Below, in pieces: positions 36,953 to 48,624 of a stretch of DNA of 64,000 nt. Origin of the DNA: Psammoneis japonica (taxonomy: Eukaryota); contig QPGO01000128.1 in the NCBI GenBank assembly GCA_008632985.1, positions 62,001 to 126,000 on the forward strand, read 5' to 3'. The notes beneath the pieces are model-generated. The model ran no database searches, was not told the origin of the DNA, and worked only from the letters and a program-made list of their open reading frames with translations. Made by a program: the position numbers and the translations under genes. Numbering within the stretch: the stretch's first letter is position 1; each line of letters starts with the position of its first letter.

Positions 36953-37390
36953 ATGAGCACAGTGGATGACATCCCAGAGCTGTGGGCCCCTTGTGAAGGC
37001 TGCAAGGAAATTCACGAAAAGAAACAGGGGGAGCTGGAGGAGTGCCAGGAGGGTGAGCTGGTTGACTTTTGCGAGAAGTGTGATTTCAAGTGTGATGCCT
37101 GCAAGTGCCGTTTTGACTTGCTGGAGGACACGTTCCAAGGGACCATTGAAAGTCAATGGGGAAACATCATTGACCACCCGGATGGCCGGAACAATGAAAA
37201 CGGTGGTCACGCCCCCACAAGCGATGTGAGAAAGTCCATGCACAGGATGCACGCAAGGATCTCCTGTGGACGTCTTGGCAAAGGTGTTCGATGCAAACCT
37301 TCGACGTGCATCACATTGGGTCTCCGTCGCATGCTGCCAAATCCAGAAGGCAAAAAACACGTCGGGTGCCACTCGAAAAGTTCACAGTGA
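36953..37390 (+). pseudogene. Decayed small Cys-rich ORF resembling the P2X7 C-terminal (P2RX7_C) domain; probable transposon accessory gene
   Basis: RKSMHRMHARISCGRLGKGVRCKPSTCITLGLRRMLPNPEGKKHVGC fits R..YR.Y....G.LG...R...P.C.....R..FP...G.Y.G when His/Cys are restored to Tyr. Confidence 0.55.
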
Positions 37391-39532
37391 GGATGATGTG
37401 TTGCTGCAACGGCGTGGTGTTCACACGAAGTGCGAAGATGGCAGCACGTCACAGCAAAAGCAGCATCAATTTTTGAGAGACATTTTTTGCGGGAAAATGA
37501 ATGTGCTCACACTTCACACGTCCACAAAACAACATTTTCAAATCAACAATCTTGACGACGAAATTCCTGATTCCCAGAAATGTTTGAGATTTCTGTCCAT
37601 CCAGTGCCACGGCCCACTTTTCTGCACCCGCACCACCTTGACATTGCGAAGTCTTCACGACGTGCGCCGCATGCCGGCACCACCACGGTTCAACTTCTAC
37701 GTGCGGTGGCATTGGCATCGAATCACATGACTGAAAACATTTTGTGTCAATTGCAGATGACATTGTGGGAATTAGGAATTCTCAGAACAAACACATGTCT
37801 TGCTGAGCACGTAGATTCTACGAGTGCCACACCAGAAACAAAGATCGCAGCGCAAAACATTTGTTTTTTTTTCTTCGATGATGAGCGAAAGCCGTTGCGC
37901 AATGTCGGGTAAAGGCATGAAGGCCCTTGGTTTGATGGCTCCATGTGCCAACCTTGATGCATGCCGAGCACACATGGGAAGCCTGCACCGAGGGTTTGAA
38001 GCGGGAATGTTGCGAATGTCGCCGACACATTTTTGGAATCCTGTTTCGCCATTTTCATCTGCCAGCCAACGCGCCTTCTTTGTCGACTGTTTTGGCAAAG
38101 ACTTGGTCAGCAGCAAAAAGCACAAGCCACACTTACATTCTAACACATCCAAACTGCAGCATGAGAGCTTTGCACCGCATAAAACCAAAAGCTGTTGAGC
38201 CTTCTCACTGCTTTCCTCGGCACCGGATGGTTTGGATCGGAGCAATGTCTTGTGTCGAATGCAGGAAGCAACAAACGAGCGGGGATGAACATGGTGGCAC
38301 ATGATGCACCCCACATTCTCATTTGTGAATGTCCACTTGACAATGTGAGAGCTCACCACTGCAATGGAAGCCAATGTCAAACAAGTGCTTGCTTCTTTTT
38401 CTTCGGAGTCCACAGAGAGAAGATGTTGAAAGTGAGAATGTGCAACAAAAGGCAAAGCAAGATTTGGTCAATGCCAAGCACTTCAAACCACACATTCGCA
38501 TTCTCACACATAATGACGACAACATAAGAGCTTTGTGCCACAATGAAATGAAAAGGAAAAGGCCTTCTCACTTTCTTTCCTCGGCGCAGCGGGTGGAATC
38601 GACAGGTGCAACGACTGGTGTCGAACGGAGCAAAAAACAAACCAGCGGGGCTAAATGTGGCAGTTGATCCACCACATTCGCATTCTTGCGTTCTCATATG
38701 ACAATGTTAGACCTTGATACTTCAACAGAAGCGTTAATCAATCGAGTGCTCTTGCTTCTTCTTCAGGGTGCACAAGAGAGAAGAAATTGAAAGTGAGAAA
38801 ATTGAAAAGCACATTTCGATATTTTGGGATTGTTTTGAATTGTAATGTTCACATTTAACTCACCTTGAATATTCGAAAGAGACAATGTTCCAGCTGTCGG
38901 TTCAATAAGATGAACAGACACGAAACCCCGCCGTGTTACCACTTGTCGGCACCCTCAGAATGCTGCAACATTTCTTCCTGATTGTTGGCAACTGAATTTC
39001 TTTAGTTTCCGCGCAATTTCAAGCAAACAAGCATTGTGGGATATTCCTTCGAAGGTTAATGATACAATAAGCTGATTGTCAGTACATGATACACTTACGA
39101 TGGCCGTCGAAACACTTCCAGCGTCATGGTGAAGGTTTCGGGTTGAGAAAAAAAATGTGCAATCTTCCGTTGCGGTCTTGCCGTCACAAGTCTACACAAG
39201 ATCTTGGTATTATTTCTACGCTGGTACTAAAAATTTCGCTCTACAGACGCAAATGTTATGGATGAACCGTGGTGGTACATAGGGCCTATGCTCTGCGCTA
39301 TCTACTGTACCACATACATACCACAGCATACGGTTACTTCAACTGGATAGAACATTGCTATTTTTCGATAGTCCGTCGGTTGAACGGAAAAAAAGGCGCC
39401 AAGGTAACCGTTTTTCTGTTTTTTCCCTGACGAATATTGAATAGAAAGATATCTGAAAAAGATCCTGGCGAATGATCGATGTTTGCTCTGATGCTTCGCT
39501 GATGTTCTGATGTTCAGTGTGCGTACCAAAAG

Positions 39533-40315
39533 ATGGCAATGAAGTTCCTCAGGGTAATTGCACTCCTTGTTTCTTTTGCTCCATCGGCGGTGGTTGCCGT
39601 AGACGAACCATCATGTGCTTCGGATGATTCTTCGCCTAGTGGGTTGAAAGTCTACGAAAACTTCATGTCGCAAGCTGACATTTTGACCATTTATGAGAAT
39701 CAGAAGTCGTCTCCCAAAACGATCTCTTGGGAATACATTGATGGCAGTCTTTACGGCGCAAGTTTCCTAACAAAGGAACACGTCAAGAGGTTGAATCAGG
39801 TTGTTCATGGAAAGAGCGGTGACGTCCACAAGGCTCGGTACATCTTGACAAAAACCATTTCAGAGACCACCTTGCCCCATCATGATTCGGACCTAAGGGA
39901 AGATGGGGCCATCCAAGACAGCAATGCGGACGTGGCATTCGTCTTCATGAACACCAACCCCGACGCTTCTTTTGTCTTTGGACCGGAAGATGAGCACGTT
40001 CCTGTAAAGGCTGGAGATCTTGTTACATTTCCGGGCGGGAAATTCACTCATTACACGGTTGTGAACAAGGGTTTCGTCCAGCTTGCAGGTCCCTTCTCAA
40101 CGCCATACCCTCATCTTCCAGTGGTTGGTAGGAGCAGCGAATGTCCTAATACGGTTTGGGGATGGATCGAATATGCAATTCATCGTTGCTTTGGCAAGAT
40201 TCCCCCCTGTGGTCTTGAAGGAAGGAGACGCATGAGCAGGCGTTGGCTCCGTGATGGTTTATATGAAGACGTCGATGTTGCTGAAAACGATGAAGGTGCT
40301 GCAGCGGAAGAATAA
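39533..40315 (+). CDS. Secreted/ER-targeted protein with probable 2OG-Fe(II) oxygenase/cupin-like fold
   Basis: Signal peptide; HHDSD (HxD) ..VAFVFMN..VPVKAGDLVTFPGG..THYT (distal His). Confidence 0.6.
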   Translation: MAMKFLRVIALLVSFAPSAVVAVDEPSCASDDSSPSGLKVYENFMSQADILTIYENQKSSPKTISWEYIDGSLYGASFLTKEHVKRLNQVVHGKSGDVHKARYILTKTISETTLPHHDSDLREDGAIQDSNADVAFVFMNTNPDASFVFGPEDEHVPVKAGDLVTFPGGKFTHYTVVNKGFVQLAGPFSTPYPHLPVVGRSSECPNTVWGWIEYAIHRCFGKIPPCGLEGRRRMSRRWLRDGLYEDVDVAENDEGAAAEE

Positions 40316-41295
40316 ACAAGGATACTGACACGGGGATCTTGCGTCAGTTTAGCAGCCTGTACGACTACGCTTCTCTCCAGAAGATTTTGTTCTGCTGATT
40401 GAGAACGTCACGCCGTATAGCTTAAGATTTAGGTAAATTAAAGACCCTGGAAAGACGTTTTTTATCGCGGCACCAGCAATATTGTGGCCCAAGTAATAAG
40501 GAGTCTGCCACCATTCCATTGTTGCTGCTCCACAGCACAATAACGTGCTCAGTTTTGGTTGTGCGTGCCGTTCGATTCTACCACGTATCGATTTGTGACG
40601 GTACTGTCTTGTCGCTACCGCAGCTTGTGTGTTTTTGGGACTTTCTGCCGCAACCATTGCAGAGATTAGCTTTGCGACGCAGCTCACTCTCATGTTGTAT
40701 GAGTTGGGTGTAGGTGACGGCCATGTTAACGACGCGGGCTCTGTCGTTTCTTATCAATCCTGCCTTGACTCTGGCACAAGCTTTTTGCAGGTACGGTGTG
40801 ATTACATGGGATCATTTGATGAGGGAGCCGGTCAACTACTGCGCCATCTACTGTCGCGTCGAAGGTAGCAGAACTTAAAGACAAAACGATAGACTTTTCC
40901 GTCAGCTATGATACCGTGATGGAATGCTTGTTTCCTGTACGCGACAAGCCATCTAAACTTAGAATAAATTGTGAAGATGAATCGGTCGAAGATCAAGTGT
41001 GCATAAAAGTATTTCATAAAAGTATTTACAGTTTCGCTTCGTGTTCAGGGTAACCCAAAGCATTTCATACAAATTAAAAATCAATCAGTGCGATTCTTCA
41101 TTAGTCCGTGCAACGTTGCATCCCGTCTCCAGATCACCAGTGTAGGCTCGGATGACACATATATGTACAGCATATTTGGGATGACCTGCTGAAAAGGAAC
41201 AACGGCACTTGTTCGTTCTTGGTTGATGATTCTCTCCACAGACGTGTTCAAGAAGGCTCGAACAATCCGTCCTCGCACTCGTTGATCAGAGTCGG

Positions 41296-41619
41296 TTAGT
41301 TGATCATTTTGAAAACATCCGCAAATTGCTCGACAAAACTTTCGCCTGTGACAACTTCCTTCAAAATTAGACTCACAGCTCCCACCATGGCGATTCTTCC
41401 TACCGCAATTTCTGCTGAAGGCAAGGCTGATCTCTCTAATCGAGTTTCGACTTTTGGCAGGTCAACCCAAGATGGAATTGAGTCTTCTTGGAGTGGTTCA
41501 GCACTCTGAAACATGGCTGTGCTTCTTGCAGTAAAGGCGGGCATGGACGGCGGTGCAAAAGACAAGGCGGTGCCAACAAGGAGGAAAGAAGTCAAGATCG
41601 TGAAGCAGAAATTCTTCAT
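41296..41619 (-). CDS. Plastid-targeted one-helix LHC-like protein (OHP/HLIP family)
   Basis: Bipartite presequence with LS-FAP cleavage motif; AEIAVGRIAMVG matches the LHC chlorophyll-binding helix; E..TGES..EQ tail. Confidence 0.85.
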   Translation of the reverse strand: MKNFCFTILTSFLLVGTALSFAPPSMPAFTARSTAMFQSAEPLQEDSIPSWVDLPKVETRLERSALPSAEIAVGRIAMVGAVSLILKEVVTGESFVEQFADVFKMIN

Positions 41620-42239
41620 GGTGTTCTTGTCAATGATTCAGTCTATTCTGGGAGCTTTGTGATCAGTGTGAGGAAAAAGTTCTTGAGCAATGCCATCAAA
41701 ACCGTGAGCAAATCATGGCCACGCAAGGTTTTTAACTTCGTTGGTCGCGCCTGCGTCATCATGGCGGGCAAATTCTATTCTTGTGATCCCGTGACGTGGA
41801 TTTTCTGGTTGTTCTCATTGGTCCGTAATGACGTCACGTATTATTTGCAGTTTGGCGCGCGTGCTTTTCATATTTCTTAGCTCGTGGATCCAGTTCCTCC
41901 TCTTTGTGTCCTCTCGAAAGTCGTCATGTCACGATGGCATTTTGATCTGCACCTGCAATGCTGACCATTGCGAAAAAGAACAAATGCTGGAAAAACCATT
42001 GTTGTTGCTTGTTGTGGTGCAGTGCATGGACGAGAGAGGACAGGCTGAAAAGTGCCAGCAGCGAGAAGCGATCCAGCCACAAAGGGTGCCCAAGTGATCC
42101 ATGGGTGGCTCCCTGACGAATCTCTGGCAAACCCAAGAGAACAGTCATGTCCACCACAGGGCATGAATGGGCACAGCAATGGCTGCAGCTTTTGTCCTTT
42201 GTGACCCTCATTGGGGGCAGCTGCAGCACAGAGTCGCCA

Positions 42240-42610
42240 CCCTCCATTGTGTGAGCTGAGAATCATCTCAGTGTCGCTGTCGATTTTGCCATGCTCCGGA
42301 ACATTTGCTTGGTCTTTGTGAGCTCACCCATGACATGCCATTCCAAACAAGGAAGCATTTCAACCATGACAAATGTTGCTTTTGTGTTCTTGATGCAAAA
42401 TGCGTTTGCGCATTCAACGCAGCTTGAAGCTTGGCCAACAAATCACAGCAGTCAACCCAGGGATCATTTGTTGTCAATGAGGACCATAAAGCCAATGCCT
42501 TAAAAACAAATTTCCAATTTCCAGGCATTGAAAAAAGAGTTGCACATTGTGCAGCCAGACAAATCAACAGACAGCATTTTGGGGCTCTCCTTTGCAGCTG
42601 CAGCACTGCA
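42240..42610 (-). pseudogene. Decayed, deleted fragment paralogous to the STAND ATPase gene (~50045-50600)
   Basis: CCGGAACA..GCTTGGTCTTTGT(G/A)AGCTCAC and GTCAACCCAGGGATC shared; KALALWSSLTTNDPWVDCCDL vs KALASWSSLTQKDPWVDHYDL. Confidence 0.8.
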
Positions 42611-44511
42611 CATTTTTTTGTCAGTTGTCAACGTGGAGAGCAGCAATGAGCTGACCACCATTCTCTCCCACACACTCTGCCATGCAACCCCAACTGAGAA
42701 TTCTCAATTTTTGAAAAGCACACCATGGCTTGTTTGCAGTTTGGGAAGTTTGCGCAACTGCCATGATGCCAAAAGTGGCTGACATGCGACAAAGCTCATG
42801 CAGTTGCCGAATGAGTGAAGTGCATTTTTTCACTTTTGCCATTGTGCTTCATGCTGTGCAAAATCAAGCATGGCAAATTTCACTCTGCGTTTGTGGCAAA
42901 GCTGGGGTCTTGCTGCCAAGTGTGCCAATCAGCTGTGTGCACTTTGCCGCAAAAACTGCCCACTCTGCTGCATTTGGAATTCTCCATCACCCATGGACCA
43001 ACACTCCAATTTGTTGAATCTTGCATCATTGGGCCAAGCTCTGACTTAGCATCGCTCTTGTCAGCAGCATCTGTTGCTGCTCTTTGTCAAGACAGTCATG
43101 GGTGACTGTGTGGGCACATCAAATGAAAGTCAGGAGTTTGTCACAGAGAGCTTGATTTTCTCTTCTTTGTTCTCCCCCCCCCCCCCCCCCCCGCTTGGCT
43201 TCAAAGTGCAGAGTTGATTGCCCCCAAGTTGAAACTCACAGAAATTTGAGCAGGTTGAGGACAGAGCCAAGAAGAGATGCCAGCGCAGCAAGCTGAGACC
43301 AGACCAAGTGAACATCCAATCACCTTCTGGTGCTCTTTCTGAGTGTCCCAACCAAGCACCAAGAAGGAGGTCCCAAGGTAGTCAGATGCACTCCAGCCCT
43401 GGCAGGTGGGAGCTCGTGAGGTGGCACTGCAGTGTGACACAATTGTTTTTTGTCATCCATCACATGTTTCACGCACACATTTCCACATGTGATCTTCCAA
43501 AAAATTGTTCCACACCCCCAATTTCGCAAAGCCCCAGACATTTTATTTGATGCATTCTTTGTGAGAACAACAATGTGCCCAGCACATTTGTCAATGTCTG
43601 AAGAATGTGCCAGGCCACACAAAAAAAAATGATGCACTTCAATCATGCACAAATTTGCACCCTCGCAAAATTGCCTCGATCATTGATGGATTCATCACCT
43701 GACAATTTCAGTGCAGAGCTTGCACACGGAATTTTGTGGGCCTTGTGTCACACAGATTCCCACCTGCATCTGGAATGCATCGTTGGAAGGGTCAGCAAGT
43801 GCACGCCTCGCCCCATTGGCACACATCGCAGCAGGACAGCAAAAACAGGTGGCACTTGAAAACTTGGCCAGGAGCTGCAATGCACTCCTTCTTGCTGTGT
43901 TGTCTTCTGGGAGGCAGCAGTGTCAAGTCTCTCAGACTGTTGCCAAGGGTTGCAAGTGTCCCCAAGGATCCATCACATGATCACAGAGCATGGTCAAAAA
44001 ACAACATTCTGTGATTGTGAGCCAACACTGAGCCCCCTCAGAAACAAATGGCAAGAGTGCCTCAAGTCCATTGACATCTTGCAACATTTTCCACCAAAGC
44101 TTGTGGAGTGGGAGCAAGTGAAAAGGCACCTCAAGGGGGGTGACACAAACATGCTGACAAGGAGTCGACCATTTGAGATGAACAACCCACCTGCTTTGAA
44201 GCTGTGACAAAAGACAGCAATAATCTTCAGCAAGCAGCCAACTGTTCACAGCGTGTGTCGCAGCCCCCCAGGAAACCAAACCAATGTGTCAACCTCTTCA
44301 AAAACAAAACGATAGAAAAACACCCCCCCATGAAACATGCGTCGTCATCACGATGTGTGTGCCGTCCAGTCGAGTTTTGTTAGCCTCTCGCGATATCGTG
44401 CTTCACCGCGAAAAATTGCAGTCACGGACCCGCGAGGCGCGGAACAGCGGCAGCGCCATGACAGATCCAGATGACAGGTGAAATTAAGTCAGGAAACTGA
44501 TTCGAGAAATA

Positions 44512-47059
44512 ATGTGGTGCCACACTCGGCTTTCGCTGTTGCTGACATTTTTCCTGCGAAAGCTGGAAGGAACAACGTGTTTGATTGAGAGCAACGGACT
44601 GTGTGCCATTTACGCCTTCGTCCCGTTCACGGTAAAGTAAGGAAGAGCTGTGTTCTGCTAATTTCAGCTGTGTGCTTTCCTGAGATGATGACAACGAAGC
44701 TTTGATCTAACGATGCATCTTCTCCTTTCTTTTGCTGATCTGTATTCTCTCTCTATCCAGTGGCACCACTGCACTGCCCCTGTTGGAATCAGCAGCGAGT
44801 CTCGGATTCTCGCACATGTCAGCGGCTCTCATGGCCATGGATCATTTCAATGACCGAAACCCCGCCGTCGTGCCAAACTTGGCAGAACTTACGGCGAATT
44901 GCGACATTCAATTTGATGTTAATCAATCCCTCGTGTTTGATACCGGCACTCTTACTCATTTGGCGAGTCAATCTCTGGCTGCGCAAGAACGAGATCCATG
45001 TGCTATTGCGGGACCTTTTAACGATGTACCAGCTCTGGAGCTGTCAACAAGGGCTCAAGCTGCCCAATTTCCACTTGTTGCACATCGGGCGAATAATCTC
45101 CGTGTGGTGTCACCAAAGTGGAGTCCGTTTAGCTTGCAGACGTATCCTGATTCGGTCGCCTTATCCAAGAAAACGGTAGAGTTCCTACAATACAAGGGAC
45201 GGAAGGATTTTATCGCATTTTTGTACTCATTGACAGACACTGGTTCTCAACATCGTGAGTCTTTTGGTCTTGTACTGGACGACTTTGGCATAAATTGGAT
45301 TTCAGCTTCTTACACGCTACGAGAGAGTGACGATGTTCCGGAGAAGCGAACTCCTTTGGGCGCTCTGCGAGCAATCCAGGACAGTGGATACCGCACCATA
45401 ATCCTTGCCATGGATTCCCCTTTTGATGAGCTTCCGCGTATTGCAGACGCTGCAGAAAACCTGGAAATGAACAATGGCGACTATCTCTGGGCGTGGTTTG
45501 GAAACATTGATGCTGCACCTTTTGCAGACTACACTGCAAACCTGGAGAAGCTTGTCGCCGGGTCGGCTTGGATTGTTCCTTTTGCTCAATCAGACTCGGA
45601 TAGGGCTGAATCGCATCCCTTTGTGATTTCTTGGCGCAACCCGGGGAAGGACTTTATTGCCCGAGCGAACGACGCGAATCCCATTGACCGTGGAGAGCCG
45701 GGGTACTTTTTTGCAGACGAGGAGTTTTTCGAGTACTACGACCCTGATTTTGGTGCAAGTTTTCTATATGACGCGGTTATGAGTATTGGAATTGGAGCTT
45801 GTGCAGCTGTTCAAGAAAACGACATTGTAAACGGAGAAGCTCATTACAATGGCATTCAGTCATCCGAATTTATGGGTGCCAGCGACTGGGTGAAATATGG
45901 GGAAGATGATAGGAGAGGCACTCGAGTCTCATCAACCGTAGGATATGCCGCCATGAATCTTTTCCCACCAGGGGCGAACGAATCTGTACTTTTACGAATA
46001 ACAGACGAATTTGTGCCTTATGGTAAGGAATGGCAAAACATTCGAGAATTCGTTTATCGAGATGGTAGGACTGTACCTCCAGATCTGCTGCGCGCAACAC
46101 CTGAACAGAATTATCTCAGCCCTGGTTTAAGAGCTTTTGGCTTGTCTTTGATGGGTATTGCCTGGTTTTGTTCACTGGGAAGCGCGGTGTGGGTGTACAT
46201 TCATCGAAGGCACCGGGTACTCCTCGCAGCTCAGCCTCCTTTGCTCTATCTTTTGATTCTCGGTGCGGCAGTAGAGACCGCATCCATATTCTCGGTATCG
46301 TTTGATGAGAGCTACGGATTGGACGCGTCTGAACTTAGCCGATTGTGTGTTTCAGCTCCGTGGCTGCTTGCTTTGGGCCATGTAATCACATACAGTGCAT
46401 TATTCACCAAGCTGTGGCGCGTGAACAAGGTGCTGCAATTTACTCGCAAGAGCATTAAAGTTCGGAATGTCGCTTGGCCAATGGCAGCATTTCTCGTTTT
46501 GACTCTTGTCATACTGAGTCTGTGGACAGCTTTGGATCCCCTCCAGTGGAATCGTAAATTCATTAATACTGACACAGGAGAAAGTATTGGGGAGTGCGCG
46601 TCAGAGAATTTCGTGGCGTTCGCTGTACCTCTTATTGTCGTTTCTCTGGCTCCATCTCTTTTGACGGCAGCAATGGCATGGAAAACAAAAGACGTGGACG
46701 ACGCTTATGCTGAGAGTTGGTGGATCTTTGCTTTGATAATCTTGCAACTTGAAGTCGTCTTTGTTGGCACTCCGATCGTTATCATTTTAAGGGACGTTTC
46801 ATCCGACGGTCGATACATTGGGTTTGCCTTCATGCAGTGGACGTTCCCCATGTCTACATTATGTTTGATTATTCTTCCCAAGGTCCTTGCCTACCACAAT
46901 GCGATAAGAGGTACTAACGCGAGTCGGAAACGTGGCGAACGACCGGCAACGGGGGTGCAAGTCTCGGGCTTGACCGGCAACGTGGTCAAAAACCATGGAA
47001 TGGACACAGCTGAGCGAGAGATAGGTGGAACTGGTCTCATTGAACCGATTCCAGAGTGA
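44512..47059 (+). CDS. Class C GPCR, GABA-B receptor-like; exons 44512-44636 and 44761-47059
   Basis: Phase-compatible GTAAGG..CCAG intron 44637-44760 joins a signal-peptide exon; Venus-flytrap region (AMDHFNDR, YDAVMSIG) then 7TM with AAQPPLL, YSALFTKLWRVNKVL, DPLQWNR, LIILPKV. Confidence 0.9.
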
Positions 47060-47370
47060 TAGGTCTAGTGTTGCTGGAGTACGTGCTCATTTCAAGCATT
47101 TTGGGCAATTTTGATACGTGGGCATTGCATAGCCTCGTCTGTAAAAGAGTTAGGTTCTGAAGTCTGATGATGACCACGTGGCACATCACTCCTACTTGTT
47201 ATGAATATGGCCGTACTGCTCCTCGTGTCTCAGAAGAAGGCTCTGGTGAGGCGCACATCGGCAAAACCAGGAAAGGAAACGATCAACACTATTCGGTGTT
47301 GTACCTGCGCAGGTTACTTTACGTTGCTAGTAGCAAAAAAAAACTCGACATTTTCAAGTCCCCGAAGCTC

Positions 47371-48190
47371 CTACAGCTCTTTACTGCATACCTTGTGTCT
47401 TTGCATAACAAACACGTGGTCATACGACGATGCACTCGAAGCCAAGTCGTTTCTTCCTGTCAAGCCTTCCAACTCGTCCACGAGTGGATCATTCAGATTG
47501 GGGTGCGTCACGTGTGCCCGGCACTTTTTGGGCTTGTAGCTGACACGGCATACCGATACCTTTTGCATGGTGGCATGCTTCTTGATTTGGTCCATTGCTA
47601 GCTTGGAGGGGCGGGCATGCATAGAAGTCATGGAACTCGAGAGGATGGGCCACGATAGATTCGGATCGGAACCAGTCAAGTAATGTGGATCGATGGGAAT
47701 GCAGTGGCCACCGACACCAATCCACATAAGAAATGCGCTAAAGTGAGAAGGTTTGGTGCTGACAGCGTCAACCACATCGTTGACCTGTAGATCGGAGGTC
47801 ACAAAAGTCGGCAAGCTCATTGATGAATGAGATGATGCTGATAGCGCGGTAGGAGTTTTCCAAAAGCTTGACGGCTTCGGCGTGATCCGAGTTGCGAACA
47901 GGCACGACACTTGTAAAGACCGTGCTGCAAAAGCGGAAACCGGTCAAGGTGGACTCAGGATTAACACCGCCAACAACCTTTGGGATATCGTGAAGGGTTG
48001 GGACCATGCGAGCGGGATCGATACGTTCGGGGCTGTTTGCAACATGGCAGCCACTGGCGCACATTTCCATGAACACACGTCATGTGTCACCAACACCGAC
48101 GGTGCTTTCTAGGATTATGAGAGCACCGGGTTTGGCACGAGAAATGAGAGTTTCCTTGACGGACTCAACGTACTTGACAACATGCATCTT
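47371..48190 (-). pseudogene. Nucleotide-sugar (UDP-glucose/GDP-mannose family) dehydrogenase pseudogene fragment
   Basis: ILESTVGVG, SPERIDP, PKVVGG, AEAVKLLENSYRA..FINEL, GVGGHCIPIDPHYL across frames; in-frame stop and frameshift; N-terminal Rossmann motif not seen. Confidence 0.85.
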
Positions 48191-48624
48191 GCTGTCCTTG
48201 ACTGTACCCAAATTTCAGAAGGTGTGACTTTTCTCAAGATTGTTTGAAACTTAGACAAAGACTGTTGCATCTTCGCTCTGTCAAACACACGATCATTGAC
48301 GAGCTGTCAAACGAATGACCTCTTTGTGACTCACAGAGTACGTGTAGGGTGCGGTGGGGCACTGAAAGATGCTAAAGAGCGATTGCTCGTTAGCAGATGA
48401 TCCATTGTATGCTGGATACGTGAGTGCCTGCTCTATATCTTTGTAACGCAATCCTGATAGGAAGCGAACAGCAGAACGACAACCAATAGCTTCTCGCAAT
48501 AGCTCAGTCTTGTCTATTGCAGACTGATCTTCGAGCTCCCAGCTTGGCGTTGCATATCTTCCACTCTTCATTGGCTTTTGCAAATCATAGCACATTGAGA
48601 AACGGACGACTCACGGCAGCACCA

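Noticed and set aside
38300..38810. Diverged ~150-bp direct repeat straddling a block edge
   Set aside because: Too diverged to polarise changes reliably by eye.
39533..40315. 2OG-Fe(II)-like protein as the DNA-modifying enzyme behind TpA loss
   Set aside because: It has a signal peptide and no nucleic-acid-binding features; proximity is not evidence.
43174..43192. C19 run as a functional G-quadruplex
   Set aside because: Isolated homopolymer in decayed sequence; length unreliable.
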